Shown in pieces: positions 1-13,280 of a stretch of 64,000 nucleotides of DNA (the first letter of the stretch is position 1; the number at the start of each line of letters is the position of its first letter). The DNA lies in the NCBI RefSeq assembly GCF_009914755.1, contig NC_060925.1; one strand, written 5' to 3'. This DNA is from the human T2T-CHM13v2.0 reference genome, Homo sapiens. Position numbers and translations under genes: made by a program. The notes below the pieces were generated by a model. It had not been told where the DNA came from and did no database searches. It worked only from the letters and a program-made list of their open reading frames with translations.

Positions 1-44
1 GTCGGTACATTGAAGAAAAGCCAATGTGTTAAAATTATTTGAGC

Positions 45-197
45 GGATGGCGTTAGGAGATATACCTAATGCTAAATGACGAGTTAATGGGTGCAGCACA
101 CCAACATGGCATATGTATACATATATAACAAACCTGCACGTTGTGCACATGTACCCTAAAACTTAAAAGTATAATAATAATAAAAAAGAAAGAGAAA
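45..197 (+). mobile_element. Severely 5'-truncated young LINE-1 3' end (L1PA3/4-like) with 14-bp TSD
   Basis: TTAGGAGATATACCTAATGCTAAATGACGAGTTAATGGGTGCAGCACACCAACATGG...ACTTAAAAGTATAATAATAA plus A-tail. TSD AAAATTATTTGAGC at 31-44 and 198-211, at a TT/AAAA endonuclease site. Confidence 0.95.
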
Positions 198-2089
198 AAA
201 ATTATTTGAGCAATGGATAAGCAAAAAGGTACATTTTTTTCCATAATCTCTTTGTTAAAAATAAATATATATCAAAGTATGAGATAACAAAACAAATTTC
301 AATAAACAATTTCATTTATTTCCCACGATATCACATTGTTTGATGCTAGAACAATATATCAAATCATATTCCATGACATAAATCACTAAAAACAGTTATT
401 CGCCTTTGTAATTCTCCTGTGACTTTCATAAACCACTGGATATCCTTCAGAATTTGTGAAGATATTCTTAGAATCTCCTCAGCACCAGTATCTTTCAGAG
501 GACATAATAAAGGTGGAGGAGAAAGGAAGTACAACTAAACATATCAAAGTTACCTATATCTCTCTCTCTTACTTCCTAAAAGCACTGTCAGCTCACCTCT
601 AGGTGCTTTATGCTTTCATACCAACCTTTCTTTTCTCCCAATACACTATCAGCAATTGTTGAGTATGTAGATGCCAAAAATATAATTTTCCATTTCTGGG
701 AAGTATCTCAAGGGCATGCCTCAAAACAAAACAAGCAGTTATAAATGTCCTTATCTGTGAATATGCTTTCACAAAACCCTGGGAGGAAGTGTCCAAGGAA
801 GAGGGAGTGGGAGAAATGATTTTCAGGACTGCTGTGAATTTAGTAACTGGGAAGCTGAAATCTGACCATCAGTGCTGGCAGAATTTAGATTATTGTAGAC
901 ACTTCAAGAGAAAATGAAACAAAAATGTAGAAGCATAATTGGTTTTAGCCTGATGGAAAACTGGCTTGAGAGGATAATAGGAAATGCCTAAGAAAAAATA
1001 CTAAGTATACAAAATGTCTTCAACTTGTCTTAACAAAGCTGGTGAAGATTTTTGTGCATGTTTTGAGTTTTAGATCAAATTTACCTTAATAACCTTGAGG
1101 AAATAAATTGTCTTCCTACTGTTTGATTTCTTTCATTTTCCTCAAGAAATGAGTGCTCCTAGGAATGACATCTATATTTTCCTCAAGGAAAGAACAGATG
1201 TAGATGACAAAAAATTCCTCTTTTCTCCCTATTTGGGAAAGAAAGCCATTCTCCTTGGTGGTAATCAAGTGAAAAAAGAACAGTCAAAGCAGCATGGTGA
1301 TATAACTGCTGCCATCCCAGTTTCCCTTCTAAACTACCACCAAAAGGATGAGCTTCACTGTCTTCATCCTGGAAGTTACTCACAAGAGATGTTGAAATGA
1401 GACAAGATGTCACATTGCATGAATTATTCACATTGACTTGTGATTATGGCAGTAGTAGAAAGACAAGTATATGCAAGATGAAAAATTCTTTGTGCTTTCA
1501 GGCTAAACATGACATATGTATACAAAATCACAATCCTACCTCTGTTGTTTCTCTTTAATCCACTCAAGATCCCCTCCCAGCAATTTCTTGCTGTTCTGGA
1601 CCACACAAGAACTGTTCTTATTTACTGTTCTTCCTATTGTGGTATCTGTTGCTATAATATGGGCAGATCCAAGACAACTTCTTATGAATACCGTGGAGTC
1701 TTTCTTCTAAAAAAATATTGTTTTTGCTTTATGTGATCAAAAGAACTGTATACTCTCTTGTTCACATCTTAATGCCTATTTCTGTTAAACTGAACTGTTT
1801 GTCTTTTCCCCATTCCTTTTACTTTAGTTTTCAGTTTTGACTGAGAATATTTTCTTTTCAACTACTCTGCTTATTGCTAAGACTTCTAAAATCATATTAA
1901 TCTGAATTTTACTCCTCACCTGCCAGTAACATTTTGAGACCATTCTTATTTTTATCCCTTCAGTGTATTCATGTCCTGGGCAACTTCCTTTACAGAGCTG
2001 TAACAGAAGTTAAACTGGCTTTTGAATTCTATTACTTATTAACATATTTCTGACTCTATCACTTTATACTGTATTAATTGGTCCATGCT

Positions 2090-2235
2090 ACTGGATTATA
2101 ATCTCTTAAAGGGCAGGTATCTGGTTGTTTTTATTTCTGTAGAGAAGAGGCATATGATTTTGATGTATTCCACTTCGCTTTTCTGGTGTATGGGTCAGAG
2201 GAAATTCAACTAATATTTAATAAATGAATGAATGC
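2090..2235 (+). mobile_element. L2 3' end fragment
   Basis: ...CTCTTAAAGGGCAGG...AATATTTAATAAATGAATGAATG, a typical L2 terminus. Confidence 0.55.
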
Positions 2236-3929
2236 TTTATAAATTAGGCTTTTTAAGTCAGATCTTTTAAATATTTACTTCTACCTTGGGTTGCTTTATA
2301 TCCACCTAGAAACTGACAACTTTGAAAAGTTAATGGGAAATTCTTATTTTTTTTTTTTTAGAAACTTAACTACAAACAAAAAGTTTAGTGTCTAAATGTG
2401 TTATACAATTTAGCTAACTTTCCAATTTTTAAAATAGTTTGAAAAAAATTCTGAATAGTATCCTTATATAATTATTGACCACAATATTTGTCATATAAAA
2501 TTATATAAACATTTAATTGGTATTCACAGACAATAACTAGATGGTTATGAAAATCATTTTTATGAGGCAGTTTATTCCCATTCTTTTAAAAATGTGGCTT
2601 CCTAAGGCAAACAATTTTCTATAACAATGATAATTTATGTGATTAGATGTTTTCTTATACCAGGTCATGAAATTAATTTTCATCTTAATTAGTGCCCACA
2701 GCAATAATTACATTAATAATCCATTTAGCTAATTGCATTTTGCTAAGTTAGTTGTGTTGCATTTTGGGCATTGCTGATATACCAAGGTCAGTATGTCTCC
2801 TCATCAGTATCCAATAACTGATGTGAAGTAGTAATTAATAACATAGCTTATATTTGCAAATCCTAGATTACCCTCCTAGTCAGATTTCCTTTTGTAGCCT
2901 ATAATTTTGTCCTTAAGGATCTCAATTTCAGGTCCCTTTTTATGATTGAATTGTTTATTTGGCCCTAACAGCCTGTTATAGGCTAACCAAATTCATAAAA
3001 TACTAACGTGTTAAAGAGAAGGTCAATAGATTCATTTTCCATGGGAATTATAACTACCTAGCTAATCTTCCTTTTGTTTCCCATCAATGTATTTCTTTTT
3101 CATTGGAAAAAACTTATTTAGAAAGCCAAATTAGGGTCATGAAATTGCCTTGAAAAATAAAGTCAGAAATAATGTGATGAAAGAAACAAGATAATTTCAT
3201 AAAATCATAATTCTTCAAGGGCATAAATAGAGTAGGTCTCATTTCTCACTCTAGACCAACTATGCAATTAGTGCATATATTATTTAAAAGGTCACAGTCT
3301 CTATTTTCCTTGAAATAGGAATCAAAGCACCACCCTTTCATTTAGTATCCTCTTATCATGGCTTTGTAACTTCAGGTCCAGGTTATAAACGATCACTTTC
3401 AAATGAAAGAATTGAAGTCTTTATATCTTTCCCTACAGGCTATACCTCCCATCTATTTAATCATCTCTGCCAGTTCTCTTCAACATCCATTATATCTTTT
3501 TAACCTCATTTTTTGAATATGGTAGCAAAGAAGGGCCCGGTATTTTAATGCATTTCAGCCTCAAGTGCCTATAGAGAAGTTTTCAAACCTATCCATCCCT
3601 ACATCTAAATTTGCAGAGGATTATTCACATTGCCTTTAATGATAAAACTTACCAAATTTTGTTCTTTATTATGGTTTCTAGGAGTAGAAAAAGACAAAAA
3701 TAGGATGGTTGACTCAGAGGAGTTAAAGGAAACACAGTTATTCTAAAATGTTGAAGGAGGGTTGTCAGGAAGGTTAGACAGGCTATATTCAAAGAAAATG
3801 GCAAATTTAATTTTTCATGAATGGAGGGAACCTTATTTTTTCTCTTAATTCCTGATTACTAAAGAACATGTATTAATTAATTTATATGTTAATAGTACAG
3901 AAAAATATAAAACATTTAAATTAAAACAT

Positions 3930-4524
3930 GACTTTGGATTTTGGTTTTAGCTTCAACATGCAAAAAGCTTGGAAACTATCACTCCCTACCTTAAAACAAG
4001 AAAAAGTTGAACATACTGAATACCAACAATTTTTTAAGCCATCAAAAAACTAAGGTCACACGGTGAACTGTCATCCCAAAACTTTTTCCCAAACTGAGGA
4101 GAAAAGTATATTCAGAGTCACACCTAAGATCTGCTGACCTGGAGCAGAAGCTGCTGGAGTCATAAACTGGTAGACATGGTAAAAACACATAAATGCTGAT
4201 TTTAATAAACTGTTGGAAGCCAAGTGGGGATTAGTGTGAATGAGAAATTACTAAAGACCATATAATCTTGGGATGGGGTCGGGAGTGGGGCACACTTTTG
4301 TGTGTTTCACCTCTGAGAACCCAATCAAGTTCATACAGTAATATTCCAGAAAAAAAGTCCTCTCACCTTTGCCAGCAGGGGGAGGGTAAGGGTCTCTTGT
4401 GAAATATCCCAAGACCTTTTCATTATCACCCAGGGCTACTCTCCAAGGGAAGAGATTATTTTCCCCTTCTGGATCAGTTTTAGCTCCCTGTAGCCTTCCT
4501 GTGTAGATAGATAGGTAGACAGAT

Positions 4525-4572
<48 letters not shown>

Positions 4573-6070
4573 TTACATATATATAATATGTCATCAGTAG
4601 TCACAAAAGCTTCAAGGCAATAGACTAGGAATGCTTCCGCCAGGGAAAGGAAGAAAAGGAGTAGAAAGTGGAGTGGGGCGGAGAGTGTGTTATATTGCTG
4701 GAGAAAGACTTGTAAAGGTCCCAGCCCTGAGACATTTGTTGAGTAAAAGATTAGATTTAATTGTAAGATTACAGACTGCTCCCCTTTAATCTTCCAAACC
4801 TTGTCACCATACCAGCAGGTCTCCAGTATTATAACAGTGAATTATAACTGAAAAAGCTATAAGATACAGGCTTTCTCTGAAGTCTTAGGAAAGCACAAAG
4901 TAAACATAGGACACAAAACTCAAGGCTACAAGAGGAAATGTGAAGCCTCTGGCACCTATAGCTGAGCAAACAATAAACACAACCCAATTCCTAGCCAGTT
5001 TAACATATGCACCCATATTAAAGGCCTAGTTTCCTCAGTTTCCATTACTCAATAAAACATGTCCAGCTTTCTAACAAACAAGAAAAAAAAAAAAGAAAGG
5101 AAAATCTTCTAAGAAACTAAGCAATCATCAGAACCAGATCCATATATGAGAAAGATGTTGGAATTATCACAATGAGAATTAAAATATCCATAAGTAATAC
5201 GTTAAGAACTCTGATGGAGAAAGTAGAACATGCAAGAGAGCAGATGGGAAATGTAAGCAGAGGGATAAAAATTCTAAGAAAGAATTACAGGGATACTAGA
5301 AATCAGAATCAGAATACTGTAACAAAAATGAAGTATAACTTCAGTAGGCTCATCAGTAGACTTGGCATGCCCAGGAAATCAGTGAACCTGAATATAGATC
5401 AATAGGATTTTCCACAATTATTATTCTAATAAAAACATTAAAGAAAAAAACAAAAGCAAAACATAGAATAAAACTTCAAGGAATTGTGAGATAAATGAGA
5501 ACAAAACAGAAGAAATGTTTGATGTATTATAGTAATGGCAGGAAACTTTCCAAAATTATTGACACCATACAGCAGATCCAGGAAGCTCAGGCAACAATCA
5601 GCATAATGAATACAAGCAAAAGTTAAAACAAACAAATAAAAACATAAGCATTTTATATCAAGTTTCCAGAAAACTTAAGACAATATCTTGTAGAACAAAA
5701 ATGCTTCATCTATAGAGGTACCAGAATAAAAATTACAGTAGACTTCTCATCAAAAATGATACAAACAGTATGAAAATGGAGGGAAAATGTGAAGTGTTGG
5801 AAAAGTAAAAATGCCAACATAGAACTCTATATGCAACAAAACTATCTTTCAAAAGTGAAAGAGAAATAAAGTCTTCTTCAATCAAACTATTGTGATAATT
5901 CCAACAAAAATTAATGGGATTCACTGTCAGCAAATCTTTTCTGAAATGTTAACAGAAAATCTTCCACTGAAGGAAAATTAATTAGAAACTTGAATCGACA
6001 GAAAGATGAATAAGCATCGGAGAACAAATAAAGTTAAAATATTTTTTTATTTTATTATTTTTAATGATAA
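3930..6070 (+). mobile_element. Old L1M 5' region and ORF1 remnant
   Basis: A-rich, with ORF1-like peptide remnants (ORF 5172-5405). Old ORF1-type motifs CAGTAGACTTCTCATCAAAA and CTATCTTTCAAAAGTGAAAGAGAAATAAAG. Confidence 0.75.
4504..4572. repeat. (GATA)n tetranucleotide STR
   Basis: Direct reading of AGAT/GATA tandem repeats. Confidence 0.97.
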
Positions 6071-6879
6071 TCAACTATCACTGTTGATTAAACACCAGTG
6101 TAGCATTATTTTATAATGATCATTGTCTATAAAGTGTACTAAAGTAAAACTTTATTAATTCAATATTGTGCGATCATAGCAAGTGGATAATAACGTCTTT
6201 CCCAGACCAGAGTTTTTTTGTTTTTGTTTTTGAAGTGGCAGTTTTCTTTAGAAGCTGCCAAGTGTGTGTCCACATATGTTTCACACTTTCACTATATCAC
6301 TTGTATAACAAATGTCAAATATTACTTCAAAGATTTTGCTATGGTTTCCTTGAAAAACAATTATGTCATATGTGCTTTCATATATTTATCAAACTCACCT
6401 AACCCAGATATCTGGTGTACAAGTTTTTCAGGACCTTACTAATTTCCTAGATCTTATTTTCCATATTACGGAATCTAACTTTCAATTCAAAATCTAACTT
6501 CAAAATAGAAAGAATCTATTACATTTCCAGTTCAAAGTCCATATAAGTTTGGGTCAGATTCCCACAACACATTATTTTGAGTCATCATTTAGTGCCTTTG
6601 CCCTAGTTCCCAAAACCTCAGGGCAGTACTGAGTCCTGCATGCTTATGAAGAATTGATTTGGTTTGTTCTCCCATTTATATCATTTGAATAGTAACCATA
6701 AAGTGGTCAGCAGTGAGATCTGTGTCATACTTTTCTAGAGCCTCTATATTGACATTGCTTAATCCCTAAATGAGCCAGTATGAGGAAATAAAGTGAGTGT
6801 GACACTGATATATTTTGCAATTCATATCATACCCATCAGAATCACTGCCTTGAGCTCCTATGCTTCAGTTCATTCCAAA

Positions 6880-7334
6880 TCGTATCTTATATGGATCTGA
6901 GATATTGAAACAAAAGCTTCCTGGACACTAGCAGAAGGCATGAGACACTTGGGTCAGAGACAAAGGGGTTTATTAGTCACAGAATGACAAGCAGCATAAA
7001 TTTCACATGCTGACTGACTCCCCTGATACTCCAAGCCTCATGGGAGCAACATAGAGTGGTCAGGGTGAATGTTATACACACGTGGGTCTGTGTCACAGAT
7101 GAACATACCCAAGCTTAGGAAACCCCCATCTTTTATAATGGGCTGAAAGCTAACTTCTTAATGTTGCTCCAGGTGAACACATCATCTTTATTGTACTAGA
7201 CAGTAAACAAACCTGTCCTTTACTTTACAGAAATCATTGAAAATATGTTAATATTCTGGGACAATGGTTGTTAGGGCTTCTGCTTGGAAGACATACAGAA
7301 ATGTAAGAAACCAGTTGAGAACTATCTCCCAACA
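6880..7334 (-). mobile_element. ERVL LTR40-like solo LTR
   Basis: Minus strand starts TGTTGGGAGATAGTTCTC, similar to the LTR40 5' end. The left boundary is approximate. Confidence 0.65.
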
Positions 7335-8822
7335 GCATACTATATGACAAAAGAAATGTGTTGAAATTCAGATAAACTACTTATCCGAGTATCCAGGTTT
7401 ACAATAAGCTCAGTTGGGATCTCTTCTGATAAGACTGTATTGTTAAACCTCACATCCTTCAACTTTGCAATTGCTGACATATTCAAAACAAAGATTTTAA
7501 CATTCACCAAATACCTCCCAGTAGGATGGCAGTTCTAGTGTCAGCCTTTCTCAGATTACCAGTAGATTTCTGAAAATAGACTGCGCTATCTACAAAACGA
7601 TTGAATGATATAACAGATTTTGAAAATGTCCCTCAGCAGGGTTCCTTCAACTTTTCTATAGTGGAGGATGTGGCACCGAGCATAAGATCATGAGCAAGGA
7701 TATTTATACACTGTTAGACGTGTCCTCATACTGTATCTTTCACAACCATCACTGTTCATATTATCTATCCAGCTTCCTACTAGATTACCTATTATGTTTA
7801 AAATGGGCAGTTTCTCAGTTTTGCAATGTAGTCTCTCACTGCCATTCTACAAAATATAAAATACGTAAAAACCCCACAGGAAAATTCCCATCAGCCTATG
7901 TGGCATTTTTAGTCTAAAAAATCCCCATTAAATTAATACTTCAATAACTCAATCAATTGTTCAATATTTTTATCAAAGTTTTATTGGCATACCAATGCCA
8001 CCCTATGTACAAATAATAGGTGATGGAGAGGCCAGGAGTACAACTGATCAATAACAGTAGCTTATTCAAGTGATCCTAAGATGTGGAGTCTTCCAGTGAG
8101 GGTCCTAAGCTTGAATTGTAAGTGTATAGACTTGCATAAAAGGGATGAAGAAATAAACAAACAAATACACAGAATGTAAGACATTGAGCAGAGGAAAGAA
8201 GAAATGAGACTAAAAAAATGTGTCTCCATAAGTCCAACTAGTATCTTTTTCTGTATATTTGCATAAGCTTCTCTAAATTACATATTTTGGTATATCTTCT
8301 GGAACTTTCTGAAAAAACATCTTTCTGAAGATTTATTTCTCCTAAAAGAAAGAAATTCTGAAGATTTTTTTCTATGACAGAATATATTAAATTATGCTAA
8401 CTGATGCTACAGTTCTATAGGCCTTCATTGTTGACCTTTGCTTGGAGGACAGGCTGGGTGCTTTAGAAGAATGTCCATAAAATTACAACACCAAATATGA
8501 TTCAGATATGATGATGTAAACTAGATGGAATACAGGTAGACCCTAATAGGTAGATTCAAGGCCTGGTTTAAATGCTGTGTGAATTCTTGTGTGGAATTAG
8601 GCTACTCAGGATAGAGTCTGTTTAAATGACATATGGCATTTACAATATCTCATTGTAAATTATCCCACTGGCTAAATTTAAAGTAATATGTTAGAAATAG
8701 AAATGAATGTTAGAACCCATAAGTAGAGAAAAAATGAGACCAGCTACATACCTCAAGATTCTGAAAAAGGACAACTACAGAAATACTAGTAACCCAATGT
8801 AAAATGTGGGAGCAATTATAAC

Positions 8823-9759
8823 TGTAATATGTCGATTTCATAATGCACATGTCAAGTAAATACAACGAGACATTGGGTTGTAGCAGAGAAAGAAGTTTAA
8901 TTGTAGGACTACTAAATGAGGAGCTGGAAGGAAATCTCAACTCTGTCTCTCCAAGGAGTTTGGAGGTAGGGTTTTTCAGAGTTTTAGAATGACCCAAAGT
9001 ATTGAGATTTCTGATTAATCAGAGTGCTGGGTAAAGTCATGGGACAAGGAGGTGAAGAAATTGAATTCTCCTACTGATTTTTTTTCTCTGTAGAGGTCTT
9101 TAACCTAGTTGGCATTAGCTGTTCTGCTGGAATTCAGGATCTGCTTAAGCAATTCTTAAACAAAGACCTATGATTCTAATGTCAGAGATTCTATTTATAG
9201 GAATAATGGGGATACAAATAGTATGTAGTTGATGCAGTTTGGATATTTGTCCCCACCCAAATATCGTGTTGAAATGTAATCCCCAGTGTGGAGGTCTACC
9301 CTGATGGGAGGTGTTTGGATCATGGTGGCGAATCCCTCATGAATGGCTTGGGCCATCCCCTTGGTGATAAGTGAGCTCTTGCTCTGAGTTCACAGATCTG
9401 GTCATTTAAGTTTGTGGTACCTTCCCCAACTCCCTTGCTTCTGCTCCTGCTATGTGAGATGCCTGCTCCCACTTCACCTTCCACCATGATTGCAAACTTC
9501 CTGAGGTTCTCCACAGAAGCTGAGCAGATGCTGGTGCTATGCTTTCTATACAGCCTGCAGAATCATGAGCCAATTAAACCTCTTTTCTTATATATTACCC
9601 AATCTCAGGTATTCCTTTATAGCAATGCAAGAACAGCCTAATACACTAGTTACATGATTTCCCATTATAAGCAAGTGAGTCAAAGTGTAACCTCATTAAT
9701 ATTTAATTATAACTATATATCTGTCCAGAATTCTTATTAATCCTGTGAGGATGGCTTCA
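8823..9759 (-). mobile_element. ERV1 LTR (MER72-like), interrupted by an MST LTR
   Basis: Minus strand starts TGAAGCCATCCTCACAGGATTAATAAGAATTCTGGACAG. TG..CA termini; near-TSD TAAC/TAAG. Confidence 0.65.
9230..9645 (+). mobile_element. MaLR MSTA/MSTB solo LTR
   Basis: TGATGCAGTTTGGATATTTGTCCCC...AGCAATGCAAGAACAGCCTAATACA; 5-bp TSD GTAGT/CTAGT. Confidence 0.9.
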
Positions 9760-11186
9760 TAAGGCCCAAGAGGCAATGTTAAAAAGCGTGAGGTCAGTAT
9801 AAGGTTTGAAGCCTAGGAAAACCTAAGCAAAGCAGTTAAGACTGAATAAAGGCGAGGAGACATCTCAATAGTAAATGAGTAGGGATTTAGAAACAGTAAA
9901 CCCACGCAGTTTTCCAGAGGGACAGCCTGTTCTAAGTGCAAATCATCCTGACTCCAGGAGCAGGCGGAGGCCATAAAATTCATTAATTTTTGACTAATAT
10001 ATCAAGTCCAGGTCACACCTGCATCTCTAGATATCATTTGGAACTTGATAATGCTATGAATATTTTCTTCTGTTCTTCCTCTCTTTCTCTTTTATGTCTA
10101 GACCAATCTTCTATAACCATTTTGAAACTGCTAATCTGTTCTTCAGGGAGTGATTCCCTATGGCACTGAACTTTTGAGAGAGTGCTTCTTAACAATGTTT
10201 TGAATTTTCCCTCTTTCAGAAAACCATTCAGTTCTTCTCTCTGATTCTTTGTTTCCTGTTAAGTGCATTAGTCACTTTCTGTGACCCAAATCTAATAATG
10301 TTTCCTGTTATTTTCCAAAATCATATTCAAAATAGTTAGATCTGACTTAAATTTATGGAGACATTTTTATCCATGTTTAATTGAGTCTAATTCAACCTCT
10401 GAAACCTTGAGTACCTTTGAACAATAGCCCTCTTTGATTCCTCAAAATGTTGCTTTCTATCATATCTAGATATGAAAGTGTTTCCTAAATCATAACTGAT
10501 TCATTATATAAAGTACTAGCTTTTATTATTTAACTATAATTCACACTTTATACATTTTATATAATGTTCTAGTGTACACATACAGACACACACTTGAGCA
10601 CACACACACAGTCTTAAATAAAAATTTCACTAAATGATTTTCACCAATATTAACTTTTATGAACTCTGGTATTTTCTATTGCCTTCTGTTTCTTAAAAAG
10701 AATTCTAGAATGCATCCCACTAAGTTGATTTGCAACTGATAATTATATTTCACCTGGCATTTGGCATCTGACATACCTCATCTGAAACTGATTTAAGTGT
10801 CATGCAATTTTTTTCTTCTTTGCCAGGCATATGCACAGTTTCAGTTGCAGCCCAATTCCTAAGAAACTAAGTTGTCAATGCTCCAATACTTTAATAATGT
10901 TTTGGCATTTGGATTTTTGCTGCTTTTATGCATATTTTTTGCCTGAGTAAACATTTTATCTCCAATGTGACATGGACTTTTTACTCCTATTATTTGTATT
11001 TTTAGTAAAGCTATCCATGAATATATGCATAAAATCATATTCTATATTTTCTTAAATAAATGTATAATATGCACCCAGGGTACAAAAGGAAGGTTTCTGA
11101 AGAAATGTGATAGCAGATATACATCTTACTTTATGAAATAGTCCTGTTGTGGCCCCTAATGGAAATGAACATTTAAAATCACAATA

Positions 11187-11270
11187 AGAAAGAAGAAGGG
11201 AGGAAAGGAGGAGAGAACAAAGGAAAAAGGAAAGAAGGAAAAAGAAATGAAGGGAAGAAAAGAAAGAATA
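11187..11270. repeat. Purine-rich (GA/A) low-complexity tract
   Basis: Direct reading. Confidence 0.85.
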
Positions 11271-12229
11271 GACTGTACACCAGGTACAAAAACACAACAG
11301 AAGGAAGATTCTATCCACCAGAATCTTACCTTATGTCTCTCAATAGTCTTTGTGGACAGAGGGACATATTTTTATTTATTGCCTTATTTCCTTTGTACGT
11401 TAGTTTAGTCACTGTTACTGTAATAGGGAAAATAACTACTTACAAAAAAGCATGTGAATTATATCCTTTTATTCTTAAATAAGTTAAATCAAGTGAGGCT
11501 TATAACTGTTTACTACTAAGTCCAGTGAGTTTATAAATTAATGTATTTAATATCATGTAGCTAGAAATATTACCTAAAACAATTGTTGAGAATTAGCTTT
11601 GCCTTCTTGGCTTTTAAAATTTTCTTTAAAATTTATTTTTGTCCTGTCCTTAATAATATATGAAGTTATAATACATACAAAGGACAAGAATCATTATGAA
11701 AAATCTGATATAAAATTTATTTTAAATAATGCTCTTGGTAATTCAATGTTTATAAACTTTCTGGCCAACTTCCTGCCAAAAATGATTAGATTATGAATGG
11801 TTTTGATGTATTATGTTACCAATGGCATATGAATACAAAGTAACATGTTACCTTATCCCTTTTGGTTAGTTTTGGTAATCTTATCAATATCATCTTTAAT
11901 GCAATATGTATTTAGAGGAAATATAATATTTCAAGTTATTCGTGTACTTTGTAAAAACTAGATTAGGCAGTATTAGCTATTTTAAATCTATATGACTCCT
12001 AACCAGGACCACATTTACTGCAGCATGTTGCAATGCACTAAAAACGAGCACAAGAATGCTACTTTCACCACTTCAGTACTTGGGAACTTTGGTGTTTCCT
12101 TTAGAGTTCTTCAAATATTGTACTATACCCTGCATGTTCCACCACATAGACCAGTGAAGATATAAGATCAGTGTATATATTACATATAAGTGAATATATT
12201 TTTTCACATGATATAGTCATAATAGAGGT

Positions 12230-12560
12230 TGTGTCAGTTATCTAGTGCAGCATAGAAAATTCAAAGTATCATATTTTAAGACAGTAACAGTCATTTATTT
12301 TGTTTGTCCTTTTTCATCAGGACTCGGTGGAAATAGTTTGACTCTGCTCTGTCGACTCTGCTTTGTCTTGGTGGAAATGGTGATGTCAGCTGGGGTAGCT
12401 GAATTGGGGCTGGTGGATCAAATTCCAAGAAGGTTCACTCCCAGGCCCTGCAAGTTAGTGCTGCTGCACTGATCCTTTCTATATGAGCCACTCCACAGAC
12501 ATGACAGCTACATTCAAGAGCCAAACATCCAAGAGAAAGTCAGAAAAAAATGACACAGGT
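12230..12560 (-). mobile_element. Old MLT1-family MaLR LTR fragment
   Basis: TGTGTCAGTTATCT start and GGGGCTGGTGGATCAAATTCCAAGA...TCACTC motif, typical of antisense MLT1. Confidence 0.55.
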
Positions 12561-12599
12561 GGCAAATAATTGGGGCAAATTGCCACAGAAATTACATTT

Positions 12600-13280
12600 T
12601 TTTTTGTATGGGATCGTCTTCCACACTCTATTTTAAAAATCAGATAAAAAGAAGGATATACAGTGAGAAAATAGAAAAGTAGGTATTAATTTATTGCTAT
12701 AGTCCATGCAGAGGAGCGATTGTAACAATGGGGATGGGGATTAGGTGGCAATAACATGGATATTGAGAAGATAAATTCACAAAATTTGGTAATTCATTGT
12801 ACAGTAGAGGGAGGATAATTAAGAGATCAAAAGCTAGCTAAAGTGGGATGAAAACAGTGACATTCGTTAATATAGATATATTGTACAAGAGAAGGCATGA
12901 TTTGGGGGGACAAGAAAAGTAGATAGTGAGTGAATAATGATGTCATTTAATTTGAAGTAACTGTGATAAATCTAGATGGAACATGTCTAAAGAAAAATTG
13001 GAGAAGAATAGACTTAGATCTCAAGAACTAAGTATTTACATTTAGAAGCCATTAGTTTTTAGGTTGTAGATAGATTCGTGTGAGCAAGGTTTCTTTAATG
13101 ATGATATATCATGAAGAGACAATAAGACTGAGACTAAAAAATTCAAAAGTATATCAAGAAAAAAGAATCTACTGACAGAGACTGAGAAGAGATGATGCAA
13201 AAGAGAAGAGTGGTGTCCAAATTGCCATGGCTGGAGAAATGCAGAAGAAAGGGCAACTGGCTGTTTATATTAAATTTATT
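12600..13280 (-). mobile_element. L2 fragment
   Basis: Degenerate purine-rich L2 antisense motifs (ATAGTCCATGCAGAG, GATCTCAAGAAC, TTTAGAAGCCATTAG). Confidence 0.5.
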
